Source of the DNA: an uncultured virus (IMG/VR IMGVR_UViG_3300034062_000589)
Taxonomy: Duplodnaviria; Heunggongvirae; Uroviricota; Caudoviricetes
Length of the DNA stretch: 64,000 bases
Virus record (IMG/VR): IMGVR_UViG_3300034062_000589
Strand: one strand, 5' to 3'
Shown: positions 9,150-18,369 of the stretch, piece by piece
Position numbering within the stretch: the stretch's first letter is position 1
Layout: each line of letters starts with the position of its first letter
Made by a program: the position numbers and the translations under genes
The notes under the pieces: model-generated
The model's input: the letters and a program-made list of their open reading frames with translations, nothing else
The model's database searches: none
Told to the model about the DNA's origin: nothing

Positions 9150-9542
9150 GAAGTTAAGAAGAACGCTAGTTTTTTTCAGTGGGGTGTTAACGAATTAAGG
9201 CCGATTCTGTTAAGGAATTTGGCGTTTTTTAACGTTGTTCTTACAATAACATCCCTTTAAAATCAATGACTTACGTTGCAATGTTAAGTGTTAAGCTTTT
9301 TTTCGGAAGTATATGCAGAGGTGAGAGCGGAGAAGCACTCTCGCAAGTGCAAAAAATAAATTTGGGTGGCCGTATATATATTATTTTTCCTAAACAAATT
9401 AACATTACAAGCGCATTTTCTTTGAGATGCCGCACCCACACTGCGTTTTGCGTGTTAAGTTTTCTGTTAGGTTTGCAAAATAATCCACAACATTGCCCCA
9501 CATTTCCTAAACACGCTCGTGCGCACTCACCCCGCCAAAAGC

Positions 9543-9571
9543 TTGACTTGCCCACTTATTTGTGTTATAAT
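9543..9571 (+). promoter_or_regulatory. Sigma70 early promoter
   Basis: TTGACT-17 bp-TATAAT with extended -10 TG. Confidence 0.8.
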
Positions 9572-9627
9572 TAAAAGAAAACAGTGTGATAAACCAAAAC
9601 CTAACAATGTTAGACACGGAGCGAACG

Positions 9628-9798
9628 ATGGCTAAACTTAAAACCTACCTGATGGAGCAACAGATGAGCGAAGCAGAGATCGAGGAGTACTTGGACTTCC
9701 TGTATGCCGAGCACCTTATGAAGCAGGAAGCTTACCGTTACGAAGATAACCACAATCCGAACAACATGGAAAAGGCTCGTGGAGATAAAAATGGCTAA
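9628..9798 (+). CDS. Hypothetical protein
   Basis: GGAG RBS before ATG 9628. Confidence 0.6.
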   Translation: MAKLKTYLMEQQMSEAEIEEYLDFLYAEHLMKQEAYRYEDNHNPNNMEKARGDKNG

Positions 9799-10039
9799 GT
9801 ACTGGAGTGTGTCTGACGAGGATGCCGAGTTCACTAAACACCTTATACGCCACTTCATACTTGCAAAAAAGCTAGGCATAGCACCACACACATCCAAAGC
9901 CGACCTAGCCAAGCTCAACGGTATATGGCATGGCCGAGACGACGATGATGTGGCGCAAGCCGAGTACAAGCGGATATGGATGCGAGTAGAGGACGAGATC
10001 AAGGAGACTAACAATGTTAGGGAGGTATCAAATGACTAA
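9791..10039 (+). CDS. Hypothetical protein
   Basis: GGAG RBS, coupled ORF. Confidence 0.65.
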   Translation: MAKYWSVSDEDAEFTKHLIRHFILAKKLGIAPHTSKADLAKLNGIWHGRDDDDVAQAEYKRIWMRVEDEIKETNNVREVSND

Positions 10040-10259
10040 CGAAGATGCAAGATACTTGTGCGTGGTCTGTGGTGGCTTTATTGCTCACGCTAGGTACAAA
10101 CTAGGCTATAAAACGTGCTTGCAGTGCGGTGAAGCGGCGGCGGGAGCCGAGAAAAAAAGGAAGGCTAGTATGGTGCAAATCCCATACAGCAAGGGCGCGT
10201 ACCAGTACATCTACAACCCCGCAGACCTGTTCCACACCAACCCAAAGAGGACGACATGA
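10032..10259 (+). CDS. C4 zinc-finger protein (DksA/TraR-like finger)
   Basis: CVVCGGFIAHAR...TCLQC; GGAGG RBS. Confidence 0.65.
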   Translation: MTNEDARYLCVVCGGFIAHARYKLGYKTCLQCGEAAAGAEKKRKASMVQIPYSKGAYQYIYNPADLFHTNPKRTT

Positions 10260-10423
10260 AGCTATTTGAAGTGGAGTTAAAGCGCACGTCCTACGTAGTT
10301 ATCCGGATTGAAGCGGGGAATAAAGAGCAAGCCGAGGAGCTTGCGTGGGCTGAGCTTGCATCAGACGGGTCATACGGCGAGAGCTATGCTGACTGGGAAC
10401 TTGAATCAATCGAGGAGACCTAA
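10256..10423 (+). CDS. 55-aa acidic protein
   Basis: MKLFEVELKRTSYVVIRIEAGNKEQAEELAW...; ATGA overlap with the previous gene; stop codon lies inside a palindrome copy. Confidence 0.7.
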   Translation: MKLFEVELKRTSYVVIRIEAGNKEQAEELAWAELASDGSYGESYADWELESIEET

Positions 10424-10425
10424 CA

Positions 10426-10779
10426 ATGTTAGTTTGGAAAGAGGTGTACGGATGGAACGACTGGGCATGGGAGCCGCGCATAACCAATGAGACCAGCACA
10501 TCACTAAACTTTGTTGTGGCTTACCGGCAGAGTACTGAGAACGACGTGGCTGAGTGCACACATGAGGATAACGTGCCGGATAACTACGACATCCACTACC
10601 CACTCTATTGGCGCGTGGTCTACATAGCCCAACCGCAGCCCGACGACTTCTTCTTAATAATGGAGTACGACGAGCAGGAACTACGTGAGATGCTGGAGAT
10701 GAAGGTCAAGGTGCTTGGGCTTGAGGAGCTAGGCATCGAACGACTGAGAAGTATGGACGCCTTAAAAAGGGAGACCTAA
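10426..10779 (+). CDS. Hypothetical protein
   Basis: Starts inside one palindrome copy and stops inside the next; GAGGAG RBS. Confidence 0.7.
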   Translation: MLVWKEVYGWNDWAWEPRITNETSTSLNFVVAYRQSTENDVAECTHEDNVPDNYDIHYPLYWRVVYIAQPQPDDFFLIMEYDEQELREMLEMKVKVLGLEELGIERLRSMDALKRET

Positions 10780-10781
10780 CA

Positions 10782-11027
10782 ATGTTAGAACACAGACCGA
10801 GAACCAAACATGCCGTAACCAAGGACGGCTACAAGATCAGACGTGCGGCGTACAGCGCGGCGGCGGAGCATAGCCACAAGCTTCAATGCAGCCTGTTCGG
10901 CAAGAAGTACGAGCCAGTGCCGGAGATACGCAAGCGGCTGGATGCGCACTTAACTACGCACACAGTAAACAAAATGAAACACGAGATAGACGAGCTAAAC
11001 AAAGAGGAGAAGGAGGGTGGCGCATGA
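10782..11027 (+). CDS. Hypothetical protein
   Basis: Start inside a palindrome copy; GGAG RBS. Confidence 0.65.
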   Translation: MLEHRPRTKHAVTKDGYKIRRAAYSAAAEHSHKLQCSLFGKKYEPVPEIRKRLDAHLTTHTVNKMKHEIDELNKEEKEGGA

Positions 11028-11269
11028 CCGACGAGGACGAGGCCAGAGTGCGGAAGATCATAGACCGCGAGGTGCAAGCACTGATGCTGAAGGTGGAGTT
11101 CGAGCATGACGAGTCTGATATGTCGTTCGCTGGGGATATGCACTGGCACTACCCAAGAGCATACAAGCGCATCAGCGACGAGGTGTTGGCTAAGTACAAC
11201 CTAACCCGGAAGCGGCGAGACGAGCTGATACAACAGAGAGAGGGTGGAAAATGGACATGGACGATGTGA
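11024..11269 (+). CDS. Hypothetical protein
   Basis: AAGGAGG RBS and ATGA overlap give the start MTDEDEAR. Confidence 0.65.
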   Translation: MTDEDEARVRKIIDREVQALMLKVEFEHDESDMSFAGDMHWHYPRAYKRISDEVLAKYNLTRKRRDELIQQREGGKWTWTM

Positions 11270-11334
11270 CAGGGATCATCTGCGGTGTCACGCTGGTGGT
11301 GGTATTGGTACTTACTTATTTGGAGGTGGTATGA
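11251..11334 (+). CDS. 27-aa membrane peptide
   Basis: MDMDDVTGIICGVTLVVVLVLTYLEVV; ATGA overlap with the next gene. Confidence 0.5.
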   Translation: MDMDDVTGIICGVTLVVVLVLTYLEVV

Positions 11335-11552
11335 GCGACATAACATTGTTAGGTGCATTGGCTGCGGGGCTAGGGATGTATTGCCTGTACTTGCAGATAC
11401 GCGTGAAGATGCTAAACGACGCGGGGAAGTTCATGACCGAGCTACTTATCAAAACGGTGCAGGAGCATACCAACAAGTCCGAGCGTGAGGCGGCAGAAGA
11501 AGTACGGCGCATGACAATAGCCCATGCTAAACAATACGTAGCAAAACATTAA
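11331..11552 (+). CDS. Small protein with N-terminal TM helix
   Basis: GGAGG RBS; ITLLGALAAGLGMYCLYL. Confidence 0.65.
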   Translation: MSDITLLGALAAGLGMYCLYLQIRVKMLNDAGKFMTELLIKTVQEHTNKSEREAAEEVRRMTIAHAKQYVAKH

Positions 11553-11566
11553 CTAAGGAGAACGAC

Positions 11567-11779
11567 ATGCCATACGTTGAAGTAAATCTGGACGAGTTTG
11601 ATATTGAGGACGTAGTGGAGCACGTGGAGGCTAGAGGCTTCAAGGTAATCGAAGGCAGTGCAACTGAGGACAATGCCGAGCTTGAGCGCATCTGGGCGGC
11701 GATGAGACTGGGTCAGAACGAGCAAGCGATGGAGCTGATGCAGCTTTATGTGTGTGACAAGTTAGGGAGAGTGCTATGA
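11567..11779 (+). CDS. Hypothetical protein
   Basis: TAAGGAG RBS; acidic 70 aa. Confidence 0.7.
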   Translation: MPYVEVNLDEFDIEDVVEHVEARGFKVIEGSATEDNAELERIWAAMRLGQNEQAMELMQLYVCDKLGRVL

Positions 11780-12126
11780 AAACAAGCGAGCTAAGGGGAA
11801 CAGCACTGGACTGGGCGGTGGCTAAGTGTGAGGGGTTGAATACGTATATCGAGGTGGTAGAGGGGTTCAAACCATCAACCGACTGGGCACTGGGCGGGCC
11901 GATCATTGAGCGGGAGAGGCTTCAACTTTCGCCGGGGTTAGCGCATGACGAGCATAGGTGGAGTGCAGTGCGGTATGACTACCTGTTCGACGACGACCTT
12001 GATTGTTTTATGGGCGGAGCAACCCCACTCATCGCAGCCATGCGTTGCTACGTGGCAAGCAAACTAGGCAATGAAGTGCAGATACCGGAGGAACTAAGTG
12101 CGCACGCTACCCCGCCAGAGGGTTGA
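11776..12126 (+). CDS. NinX/DUF2591-family protein
   Basis: ELRGTALDWAVAK...PSTDWALGGPIIERE...PLIAAMRCYV. Confidence 0.8.
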   Translation: MKTSELRGTALDWAVAKCEGLNTYIEVVEGFKPSTDWALGGPIIERERLQLSPGLAHDEHRWSAVRYDYLFDDDLDCFMGGATPLIAAMRCYVASKLGNEVQIPEELSAHATPPEG

Positions 12127-12151
12127 CTTAACTAGTATTTTGTGTTATACT
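12123..12151 (+). promoter_or_regulatory. Sigma70 early promoter
   Basis: TTGACT-17 bp-TATACT; shares TTTGTGTTATA with the promoter at 9543. Confidence 0.8.
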
Positions 12152-12170
12152 ATGTATAAATGGAGGAAGT

Positions 12171-12434
12171 ATGACTAATGACGAGGCCGATACGTTCATG
12201 CAGCAGTGCATGGCGTTGGACGACGCGATGAACGAAATGATGGAGGGTCAGGACTTAACCGTGTGCATCGCTGTCCTAACAAAGTTAGTCGGTGAGGTTA
12301 TATACGACGTGCAAGACGGCCAGACCAGCAAGGAAGAAGCCACGGACTTGATACGCAAGGCCATGACATCCATCACTATGGCGTACGAGGTGTGCCGTGG
12401 CGTGGGTTCCGACGATGGAGAATTCCTTCACTAA
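12171..12434 (+). CDS. Hypothetical acidic protein
   Basis: GGAGG RBS directly after the promoter. Confidence 0.7.
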   Translation: MTNDEADTFMQQCMALDDAMNEMMEGQDLTVCIAVLTKLVGEVIYDVQDGQTSKEEATDLIRKAMTSITMAYEVCRGVGSDDGEFLH

Positions 12435-12513
12435 ACGAAGGCTTATATGTAGCAAAGCAGTAGCAGTGTAGTTAATGTATCACCAACATCTTTATTAAAT
12501 GAGGAGCAATGTA

Positions 12514-13578
12514 ATGTCAGAGATCAACTTTGGTAAGACAGTCACGCTGGCACAAGCTGCCAACATCATCACGCGCACACCGATGAACCGCTACCTGCTT
12601 GAAGGTGAGCCCGGCATCGGCAAGTCAACACTTATCCAAGCAATCGCAGCCAAGCTGCCCACACATGAGGTGGCGTACATCGACGTGCCGAACATGGACT
12701 TGGGCGACATCGCCATGCCTGTCATTGACCACGAGACCCGCACCACTAAGTACTACCCGAATGCCCGCTTCAAGTTCCAGACCGGCAAGCCAGTCATCGT
12801 GATGCTCGACGAGTACACCAAGGGTGCGCAGCCAGTTAAGAACATGCTACATCCACTGCTTGAGGTTACTAACCCACGACTAGGCGACATGCCCATCCAC
12901 CCTGACTCTATTATCTTTTTGACAGGTAATCTCAGCACGGACGGCGTAGGCGACCAGCTACCAGCACACAGCCGCAACCGCATCATCCCATTACAAGTGC
13001 GCAAGCCAGACGCTGACGAGTGGATCAGTTGGGCTATCGACAACGAGGTATCAGCAGAGGTCATTGCTTGGGCTAAGGCATACCCACATGCGTTCGCGTC
13101 GTACACCGACGGCGGTCAGGCTGAGAACCCGTACGTCTTCAACCCACGCAAGCAACAGAAGGGCTTCGTCTCAGGCCGTTCGCTGGAACGTGTATCTAAC
13201 ATTGTTAGGATTCGCAAAGAATTGGATAGCGACACACTGATCGCAGCCATGAGCGGTGCGGTGGGCGAGGCGGCAGCGCGTGACATCCAAGCGTATATCG
13301 ACTTCGCAGACCAGCTACCTACGTGGGAGCAGACAATCAAACAGCCGATGACGGCACCCATCCCTAACTCTGCGGGTGCTTGCGCAATCATTGTGTACGG
13401 CGCTATCGCTAAGGTGGATAAGACAACCATCGCGCCATTCATGGAGTACCTGTCCCGCTTCGACCCAGAGTGGCAAGCCGTGTTCGCTATCAACATCGCA
13501 CGTAGTAACAAGCAGAGCGTGGCGTTCAGCGCGAAGGCATTCAGCGACTGGGTGAGTCGTAACGAGGACTTGCTGTAA
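12514..13578 (+). CDS. AAA+ ATPase (MoxR/dynein-related)
   Basis: Walker A GEPGIGKS, Walker B VMLDE, LTGN sensor, SRNR, SGRS; start 12499 or 12514. Confidence 0.9.
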   Translation: MSEINFGKTVTLAQAANIITRTPMNRYLLEGEPGIGKSTLIQAIAAKLPTHEVAYIDVPNMDLGDIAMPVIDHETRTTKYYPNARFKFQTGKPVIVMLDEYTKGAQPVKNMLHPLLEVTNPRLGDMPIHPDSIIFLTGNLSTDGVGDQLPAHSRNRIIPLQVRKPDADEWISWAIDNEVSAEVIAWAKAYPHAFASYTDGGQAENPYVFNPRKQQKGFVSGRSLERVSNIVRIRKELDSDTLIAAMSGAVGEAAARDIQAYIDFADQLPTWEQTIKQPMTAPIPNSAGACAIIVYGAIAKVDKTTIAPFMEYLSRFDPEWQAVFAINIARSNKQSVAFSAKAFSDWVSRNEDLL

Positions 13579-13590
13579 GGGAGACTAACA

Positions 13591-13797
13591 ATGTTAGATG
13601 AGCATGTGTACTACTTTGCGTGGGCTGAGGAGGATAACACCGGTCATAGTTATTTCGACGGTCGGCATGCTAAGTGGTACCGAGTGTTTAAGGCAGAAGG
13701 GAGAGGTATACCCGTAACCGAACCGATGAGCAGAGACGAGGCTATTGCGTACTGCAAACGCATAGTCAAACTAACAGGAGGGAGAGAGCTAACATGA
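13591..13797 (+). CDS. Hypothetical protein
   Basis: Start inside a palindrome copy; sits between the AAA and VWA genes. Confidence 0.65.
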   Translation: MLDEHVYYFAWAEEDNTGHSYFDGRHAKWYRVFKAEGRGIPVTEPMSRDEAIAYCKRIVKLTGGRELT

Positions 13798-14972
13798 GCG
13801 AACCAAAAGACAAGGAAGAGCGCAAGCTTAAGAAGGTCAAGATCGCACTGATGCGTAACCCGCTATTTGCGCTGTATCAAGGCGTGATGATGGTGGGCAA
13901 GACGACACTGCGCGATGACATACCGACAGCCGCAACCAATGGGCGTGATGAGATATACGGGCGGCAGTTCATCAAGGAGCTAAGCGAGAAGGAGCTTGCC
14001 TTCGTGGTGATGCACGAGTGTATGCACAAAACATACAGGCACTTAACTACGTGGACGAAGCTACATGCAGAGCATCCGATGCTAACCAATGCAGCGTGTG
14101 ACTACGTGATTAACCTAAAACTTCGAGACATCGACCCGGAGGGTAAGTACATCGCGATGCCAATGAAGGACGGTAAGCCATTCGGTTTGATCGACGAGAA
14201 GTATCGCGGCATGAATACCAAGCAAGTCTTCGATGCGCTAAAGCAGGACGGTATGGGTGGTGGTGAAGGGTTCGACGAGCATGACTGGGATGGTGCGGAG
14301 GAGATGACCGACGAGCAGAAGGAGGAGCTAGTCAAGGAGATCGACCGCGCTATACGTCAAGGCCAGATCGCAGCCAAGAAGGTAGGTAAGGGTGCGGGTG
14401 GGCGTGACCTTGAGCTTGAAGGACTAATGGAACCCAAGGTGGACTGGCGCGAGGTGCTGCGTGAGTTCGTCAAATCAATATGTAATGCAAAGGATGCTTC
14501 ATCATGGAGACGAGTAAATCGCCGGTTCGTCGGCAGCGACATCTACTTACCAACACTTATCGGGGAACGGGTAGGGCACATAGTGATCGGCATCGACACA
14601 AGTGGGTCCATCGGGGGCAAGGAGTTAAGCGACTTCCTATCTGAGGTGAAGGGTATCGCTGATGAGGTGCGACCAGAGAAGGTGGACTTGTTGTACTGGG
14701 ACTGTGAGGTGGCAGCGCATGAAGAATACGATGAGTACAGCGTGGCTAACATTGTTAGCAGTACGAAGCCACGTGGCGGTGGTGGTACGAGCCCTTCATG
14801 TGTCACTGCTTATCTTAAGGATAAAAATATCAAGCCCGAGTGTGTGGTGGTCCTCACAGACGGTTACGTCGGTGATGATTGGGGTGGAGACTGGCCGTGT
14901 CCGGTTCTCTGGACTATCGTGGATGGGAACAGTGACGTTGCACCAGTTGGCAAAACTATTCACATTAACTAA
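13794..14972 (+). CDS. Metallopeptidase plus VWA domain protein (DUF2201-like)
   Basis: TAATNG, HECMH (HExxH), N.ACDYVIN; MIDAS DTSGS, GGGT, TDGY. Confidence 0.9.
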   Translation: MSEPKDKEERKLKKVKIALMRNPLFALYQGVMMVGKTTLRDDIPTAATNGRDEIYGRQFIKELSEKELAFVVMHECMHKTYRHLTTWTKLHAEHPMLTNAACDYVINLKLRDIDPEGKYIAMPMKDGKPFGLIDEKYRGMNTKQVFDALKQDGMGGGEGFDEHDWDGAEEMTDEQKEELVKEIDRAIRQGQIAAKKVGKGAGGRDLELEGLMEPKVDWREVLREFVKSICNAKDASSWRRVNRRFVGSDIYLPTLIGERVGHIVIGIDTSGSIGGKELSDFLSEVKGIADEVRPEKVDLLYWDCEVAAHEEYDEYSVANIVSSTKPRGGGGTSPSCVTAYLKDKNIKPECVVVLTDGYVGDDWGGDWPCPVLWTIVDGNSDVAPVGKTIHIN

Positions 14973-14982
14973 GGAGACAAGC

Positions 14983-15234
14983 ATGAGCAAGGTAATCGTA
15001 AACATGGGCTACAGAAGTATCGTGGTTGACGTGGAGGCCGCCATTGAGATCGCTCGGTTGATGGCAGGTGCTGAGGTGTACAAGTCCAAGTATCGCAGTG
15101 CACAGGATGGCAGATCGTCATACAACACGCATCACATATACCCGATGGAGCAAGACTACGCATTCACTATGCAGATGGTGACTAACGAGGCGTACAACTT
15201 GTACAAGCTGGCAGGTAAGCCGGAGGAGCGATGA
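14983..15234 (+). CDS. Hypothetical protein
   Basis: TAAGGAG RBS, start MSKVIVNMG. Confidence 0.7.
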   Translation: MSKVIVNMGYRSIVVDVEAAIEIARLMAGAEVYKSKYRSAQDGRSSYNTHHIYPMEQDYAFTMQMVTNEAYNLYKLAGKPEER

Positions 15235-15443
15235 GCGAACCAAGGCCAACACTAACAACGGCGGACATAACACGCGAGGCGCTGAAGATACTGGAGGACA
15301 GCATGCGACCGCACTACTACAAAATAATGATGGTGGACGGCGAGTATGCAATAGCCACGAGCCTGAAGCTATGTGACGTGGTGAAGATGGGACTTACCGA
15401 AGCAGAAGCAGACGCATATCTAAAACTTTTAAAGGAGCAATAA
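15231..15443 (+). CDS. Hypothetical protein
   Basis: GGAGG RBS, coupled; ends AEAD.YLKLLKE. Confidence 0.65.
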   Translation: MSEPRPTLTTADITREALKILEDSMRPHYYKIMMVDGEYAIATSLKLCDVVKMGLTEAEADAYLKLLKEQ

Positions 15444-15444
15444 C

Positions 15445-16305
15445 ATGGGTATCTCATCAAGCGCAGTACTGGTAGAGCTGAACGTATCGGTCTGGGGTGC
15501 AAGCAAGGTTGACCGCGATGCAACGGACGACGTGAACATCCGCAACAACGCAACACGTGACGCATCCAAGGTCTACAAGAACCTGACCGCAGGTACACAT
15601 CTGCGTAAGGACATCAGCGACTACGCTGCGAAGATTCGCCAGTTTCACAACCGACAGACTTTACCGTGGACGCACAAGGGCGCACGACTTTTGCCTACTT
15701 CCCACGTACTAGAGTACAAGCAACAAATGAATGCGATGGAGCAGCAGTTCAATGCACTGTTGCATAAGTTTTACTATGAGTACCCTAACATTGTTAGCCA
15801 AGCGCAGACTAACTTGCGCAGTATGTTCAAGGCTGATGACTACCCTACGCTTGAGGAAGTGCGTGAGAAGTTTGGATACAAGCTGGTGTTCTCTCCCCTA
15901 CCCGAAGCGGGGGACTTCCGTCTGGACGTAGCTAACGAAGAGCTGCGGGAACTATCACTCTCTTACGAAGCGGACTTCAATGAGCGTCTGGGCAAAGCTA
16001 TGCGTGAGCCATGGGAACGACTGCATGAAACGTTGACGCACCTGAGCACTAAGCTGACCGATGCGCAGGATGGCAGTGAGGAAGTTAAGCGCCGTTACCA
16101 CGACAGTCTGGTGACCAACGCGCAAGGGCTGTGTGAGCTGCTGACTAAGTTGAACATTACGAAAGACCCTAAGCTTGAGGAAGCACGTCGCAGTCTTGAG
16201 CTAACAATGTTAGGTGTGGATATTGACTCCATCAAAGAGTCACCCGAGGTGCGACATAGCGTCAAGTCTAAGGTGGATGAGATTCTTGGCAAGTTTGACT
16301 GGTGA
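15445..16305 (+). CDS. DUF3150-like coiled-coil protein
   Basis: TLPW..GARLLP and DYPTLEEVREKF motifs of the family that accompanies AAA/VWA clusters. Confidence 0.6.
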   Translation: MGISSSAVLVELNVSVWGASKVDRDATDDVNIRNNATRDASKVYKNLTAGTHLRKDISDYAAKIRQFHNRQTLPWTHKGARLLPTSHVLEYKQQMNAMEQQFNALLHKFYYEYPNIVSQAQTNLRSMFKADDYPTLEEVREKFGYKLVFSPLPEAGDFRLDVANEELRELSLSYEADFNERLGKAMREPWERLHETLTHLSTKLTDAQDGSEEVKRRYHDSLVTNAQGLCELLTKLNITKDPKLEEARRSLELTMLGVDIDSIKESPEVRHSVKSKVDEILGKFDW

Positions 16306-16315
16306 GGAGAACGAT

Positions 16316-16690
16316 ATGGGATACCGAAGCGATGTGGTCGCTGTGTTCTACGTAAGTAAGGAGGAGCACTACCCTGTGCTAAAGCTATGGCTGGACGAGA
16401 ACTTCCCTATAAATGAGTGGGACGAAAACATACGCTGGTTCGATAGGGGCATGGTGTTTGAGTGCCCTGACGTGAAGTGGTACGACAGCTACCCAGATGT
16501 GCAGGGCTTTGAGAAAGCGGCGAGTAAGTTTGTAGACCTGTGCAACGACGAGGTGAGTGAGGGTACGCCTACGTTTAACTATGAGTTAGTACGTATCGGT
16601 GAGGACTATGACGATGTGGAGGTGGTTAGGGAAGGTATTGCATGTGAGTACCTATTGGAAGTGAGTCGAGGTGTAGTGGTGGAGGTGTGA
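16316..16690 (+). CDS. Hypothetical protein
   Basis: GAGGAG RBS; MGYRSDV...VKWY...RIGEDYDD. Confidence 0.75.
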   Translation: MGYRSDVVAVFYVSKEEHYPVLKLWLDENFPINEWDENIRWFDRGMVFECPDVKWYDSYPDVQGFEKAASKFVDLCNDEVSEGTPTFNYELVRIGEDYDDVEVVREGIACEYLLEVSRGVVVEV

Positions 16691-16691
16691 G

Positions 16692-17006
16692 ATGAGTATC
16701 GAAGAGCAAGCAGAGGCTGCGTGTAACGAGTGGTGTGCGTGGGTACGGGCGGAGGGCGATGGCTTCTGGAAGTTTGGGGACATCCCTGACGAGGCTGTGG
16801 CTGAGTGGATACCCGGCTACCTGCGTGGTGTGCAGGATAGGGTAACTGGTGTGCACGAGGGAGGCACAGACTACGACTATTTATGGGGGTACGGCGAGGA
16901 CTTGTCACTGTTTAAACAATCCGGACCGCCCAACGAGATGATAGCTAAGTGTCACGCAGCGGGGTACGCAGCGGGTTACAACTCAATAGGAGGCAATGAT
17001 GGATGA
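16692..17006 (+). CDS. Hypothetical protein
   Basis: GGAGG RBS. Confidence 0.65.
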   Translation: MSIEEQAEAACNEWCAWVRAEGDGFWKFGDIPDEAVAEWIPGYLRGVQDRVTGVHEGGTDYDYLWGYGEDLSLFKQSGPPNEMIAKCHAAGYAAGYNSIGGNDG

Positions 17007-17100
17007 AGATATGTTGCTGATGATTCTCAAAGCTGTTTTGTTTGTCGTTACTTGCGTAACCGCAGGTATGGTACTGGCTCATTGGATTATATGGGGGTGA
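16996..17100 (+). CDS. 34-aa membrane peptide
   Basis: AGGAGG RBS; MMDEDMLLMILKAVLFVVTCVTAGMVLAHWIIWG. Confidence 0.55.
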   Translation: MMDEDMLLMILKAVLFVVTCVTAGMVLAHWIIWG

Positions 17101-17101
17101 T

Positions 17102-18079
17102 ATGTACGGAGGACTGAGGAATACGGGTATCTACCCGATACGTGACTACGCTGCTGCTGTGGATAAGTGGGATAACACAGTGCCTATCCGTGGACGCAAA
17201 GATGACGAGCGACCATTGGGTAAGCGGAGCAAGTCTTACATGCAGATACGCAAGCACTCTAATGGGGACGTGGCGTGTGTGCTGTACAAGACCGAGGTGG
17301 TTACGTTCCATCCCGACAACACGATAACACTGCACGTGCCAGAACAGTGGCAGACCAACACAACCGCTACATTTATTACAGCAGTGCTAGGTTGGAACCG
17401 CGTGTCGTCGGGTGTTAAAGATGGCAACGTGATCTTAGCTTTGCGTGGGGACAATAACTATGCGCGACTTAGTACTAATACTAAGCTGGGTATAAAGGAA
17501 GCAGGGAATCTAACTTTGTTAGGTGGCAATCTGGTGAACATTGTCTATACTATTAACCGCAAAAAGATGAACGCTGCACGGGCTAAGGTATCTAAGCTCC
17601 GTAAGTATCTGGCCGGTGTGCTAAAGCTACGCGACGGTGTGTTCGACTCGGATGAATCGGTTGAGCTAGACGCGTTCTTTGCGCGGCATGGGATGGGTTA
17701 TGTGGCATCTGGGGATTTGAATGCGTGGCGCGGTAAGTTGCAGTGGTCGCTTGAGTTGCCTAAAAACATGTGGTACTTCAAAGATGTGAACCGCAAGGTG
17801 TGGCTTGAGCAAGCTAAGAAGTTCGTAGAGATAGCTGAGAAGTGCGATGACGAGGATGTGTACGGCTTGACGCTGTGGCTTGTACTGTCTGGTATTAACT
17901 TTGGTAGCCGCACAAGCATACGTGCAACAGAGGAAGCACTGAACATTAAGCTTACTGACTTACTTATCATGACGCACCCTGATGTGCTGGAAGGTACACC
18001 CGAGCCGCGAGGTGAGATCAAGGTAAACCGATACAAGCACTATGTGAACTTACTGAGTGCTTTGGAAGGGGGAGAATGA
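17102..18079 (+). CDS. Hypothetical protein
   Basis: 325 aa ORF filling the operon. Confidence 0.8.
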   Translation: MYGGLRNTGIYPIRDYAAAVDKWDNTVPIRGRKDDERPLGKRSKSYMQIRKHSNGDVACVLYKTEVVTFHPDNTITLHVPEQWQTNTTATFITAVLGWNRVSSGVKDGNVILALRGDNNYARLSTNTKLGIKEAGNLTLLGGNLVNIVYTINRKKMNAARAKVSKLRKYLAGVLKLRDGVFDSDESVELDAFFARHGMGYVASGDLNAWRGKLQWSLELPKNMWYFKDVNRKVWLEQAKKFVEIAEKCDDEDVYGLTLWLVLSGINFGSRTSIRATEEALNIKLTDLLIMTHPDVLEGTPEPRGEIKVNRYKHYVNLLSALEGGE

Positions 18080-18369
18080 ACAAGGTCAATCAGGATACGT
18101 ACGCTAGAGCGTTGAAGCTGTTACTTACCCGACCAGTCTCGGCACATGAGCTAGTCAAAGAAACAGGGTTGCACATAGTCACAGCACAGCGGTTGATGCG
18201 TACGTTTAAGGAGCACGAGATCATACACATATGCAACTGGCGACAAGACTCAAAAGGCCGTGACGCTATACCTGTATATGAGCTTGGGTTTCGCAAAGAT
18301 AAACCACGCAGGGCTATGACTCAAGCGCAACGACAACAGTTGTGTAGAGCAAGGAAGGAGAAAGCATGA
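18076..18369 (+). CDS. Winged-HTH protein
   Basis: SAHELVKETGLHIVTAQRLMRTF followed by a beta wing. Confidence 0.65.
   Translation: MNKVNQDTYARALKLLLTRPVSAHELVKETGLHIVTAQRLMRTFKEHEIIHICNWRQDSKGRDAIPVYELGFRKDKPRRAMTQAQRQQLCRARKEKA

Noticed and set aside
7889..16213. Palindrome copies as a CRISPR or mini-array
   Set aside because: Repeats are 13 bp with irregular spacing of hundreds to thousands of bases; the only Cas4-like gene sits in the replication module
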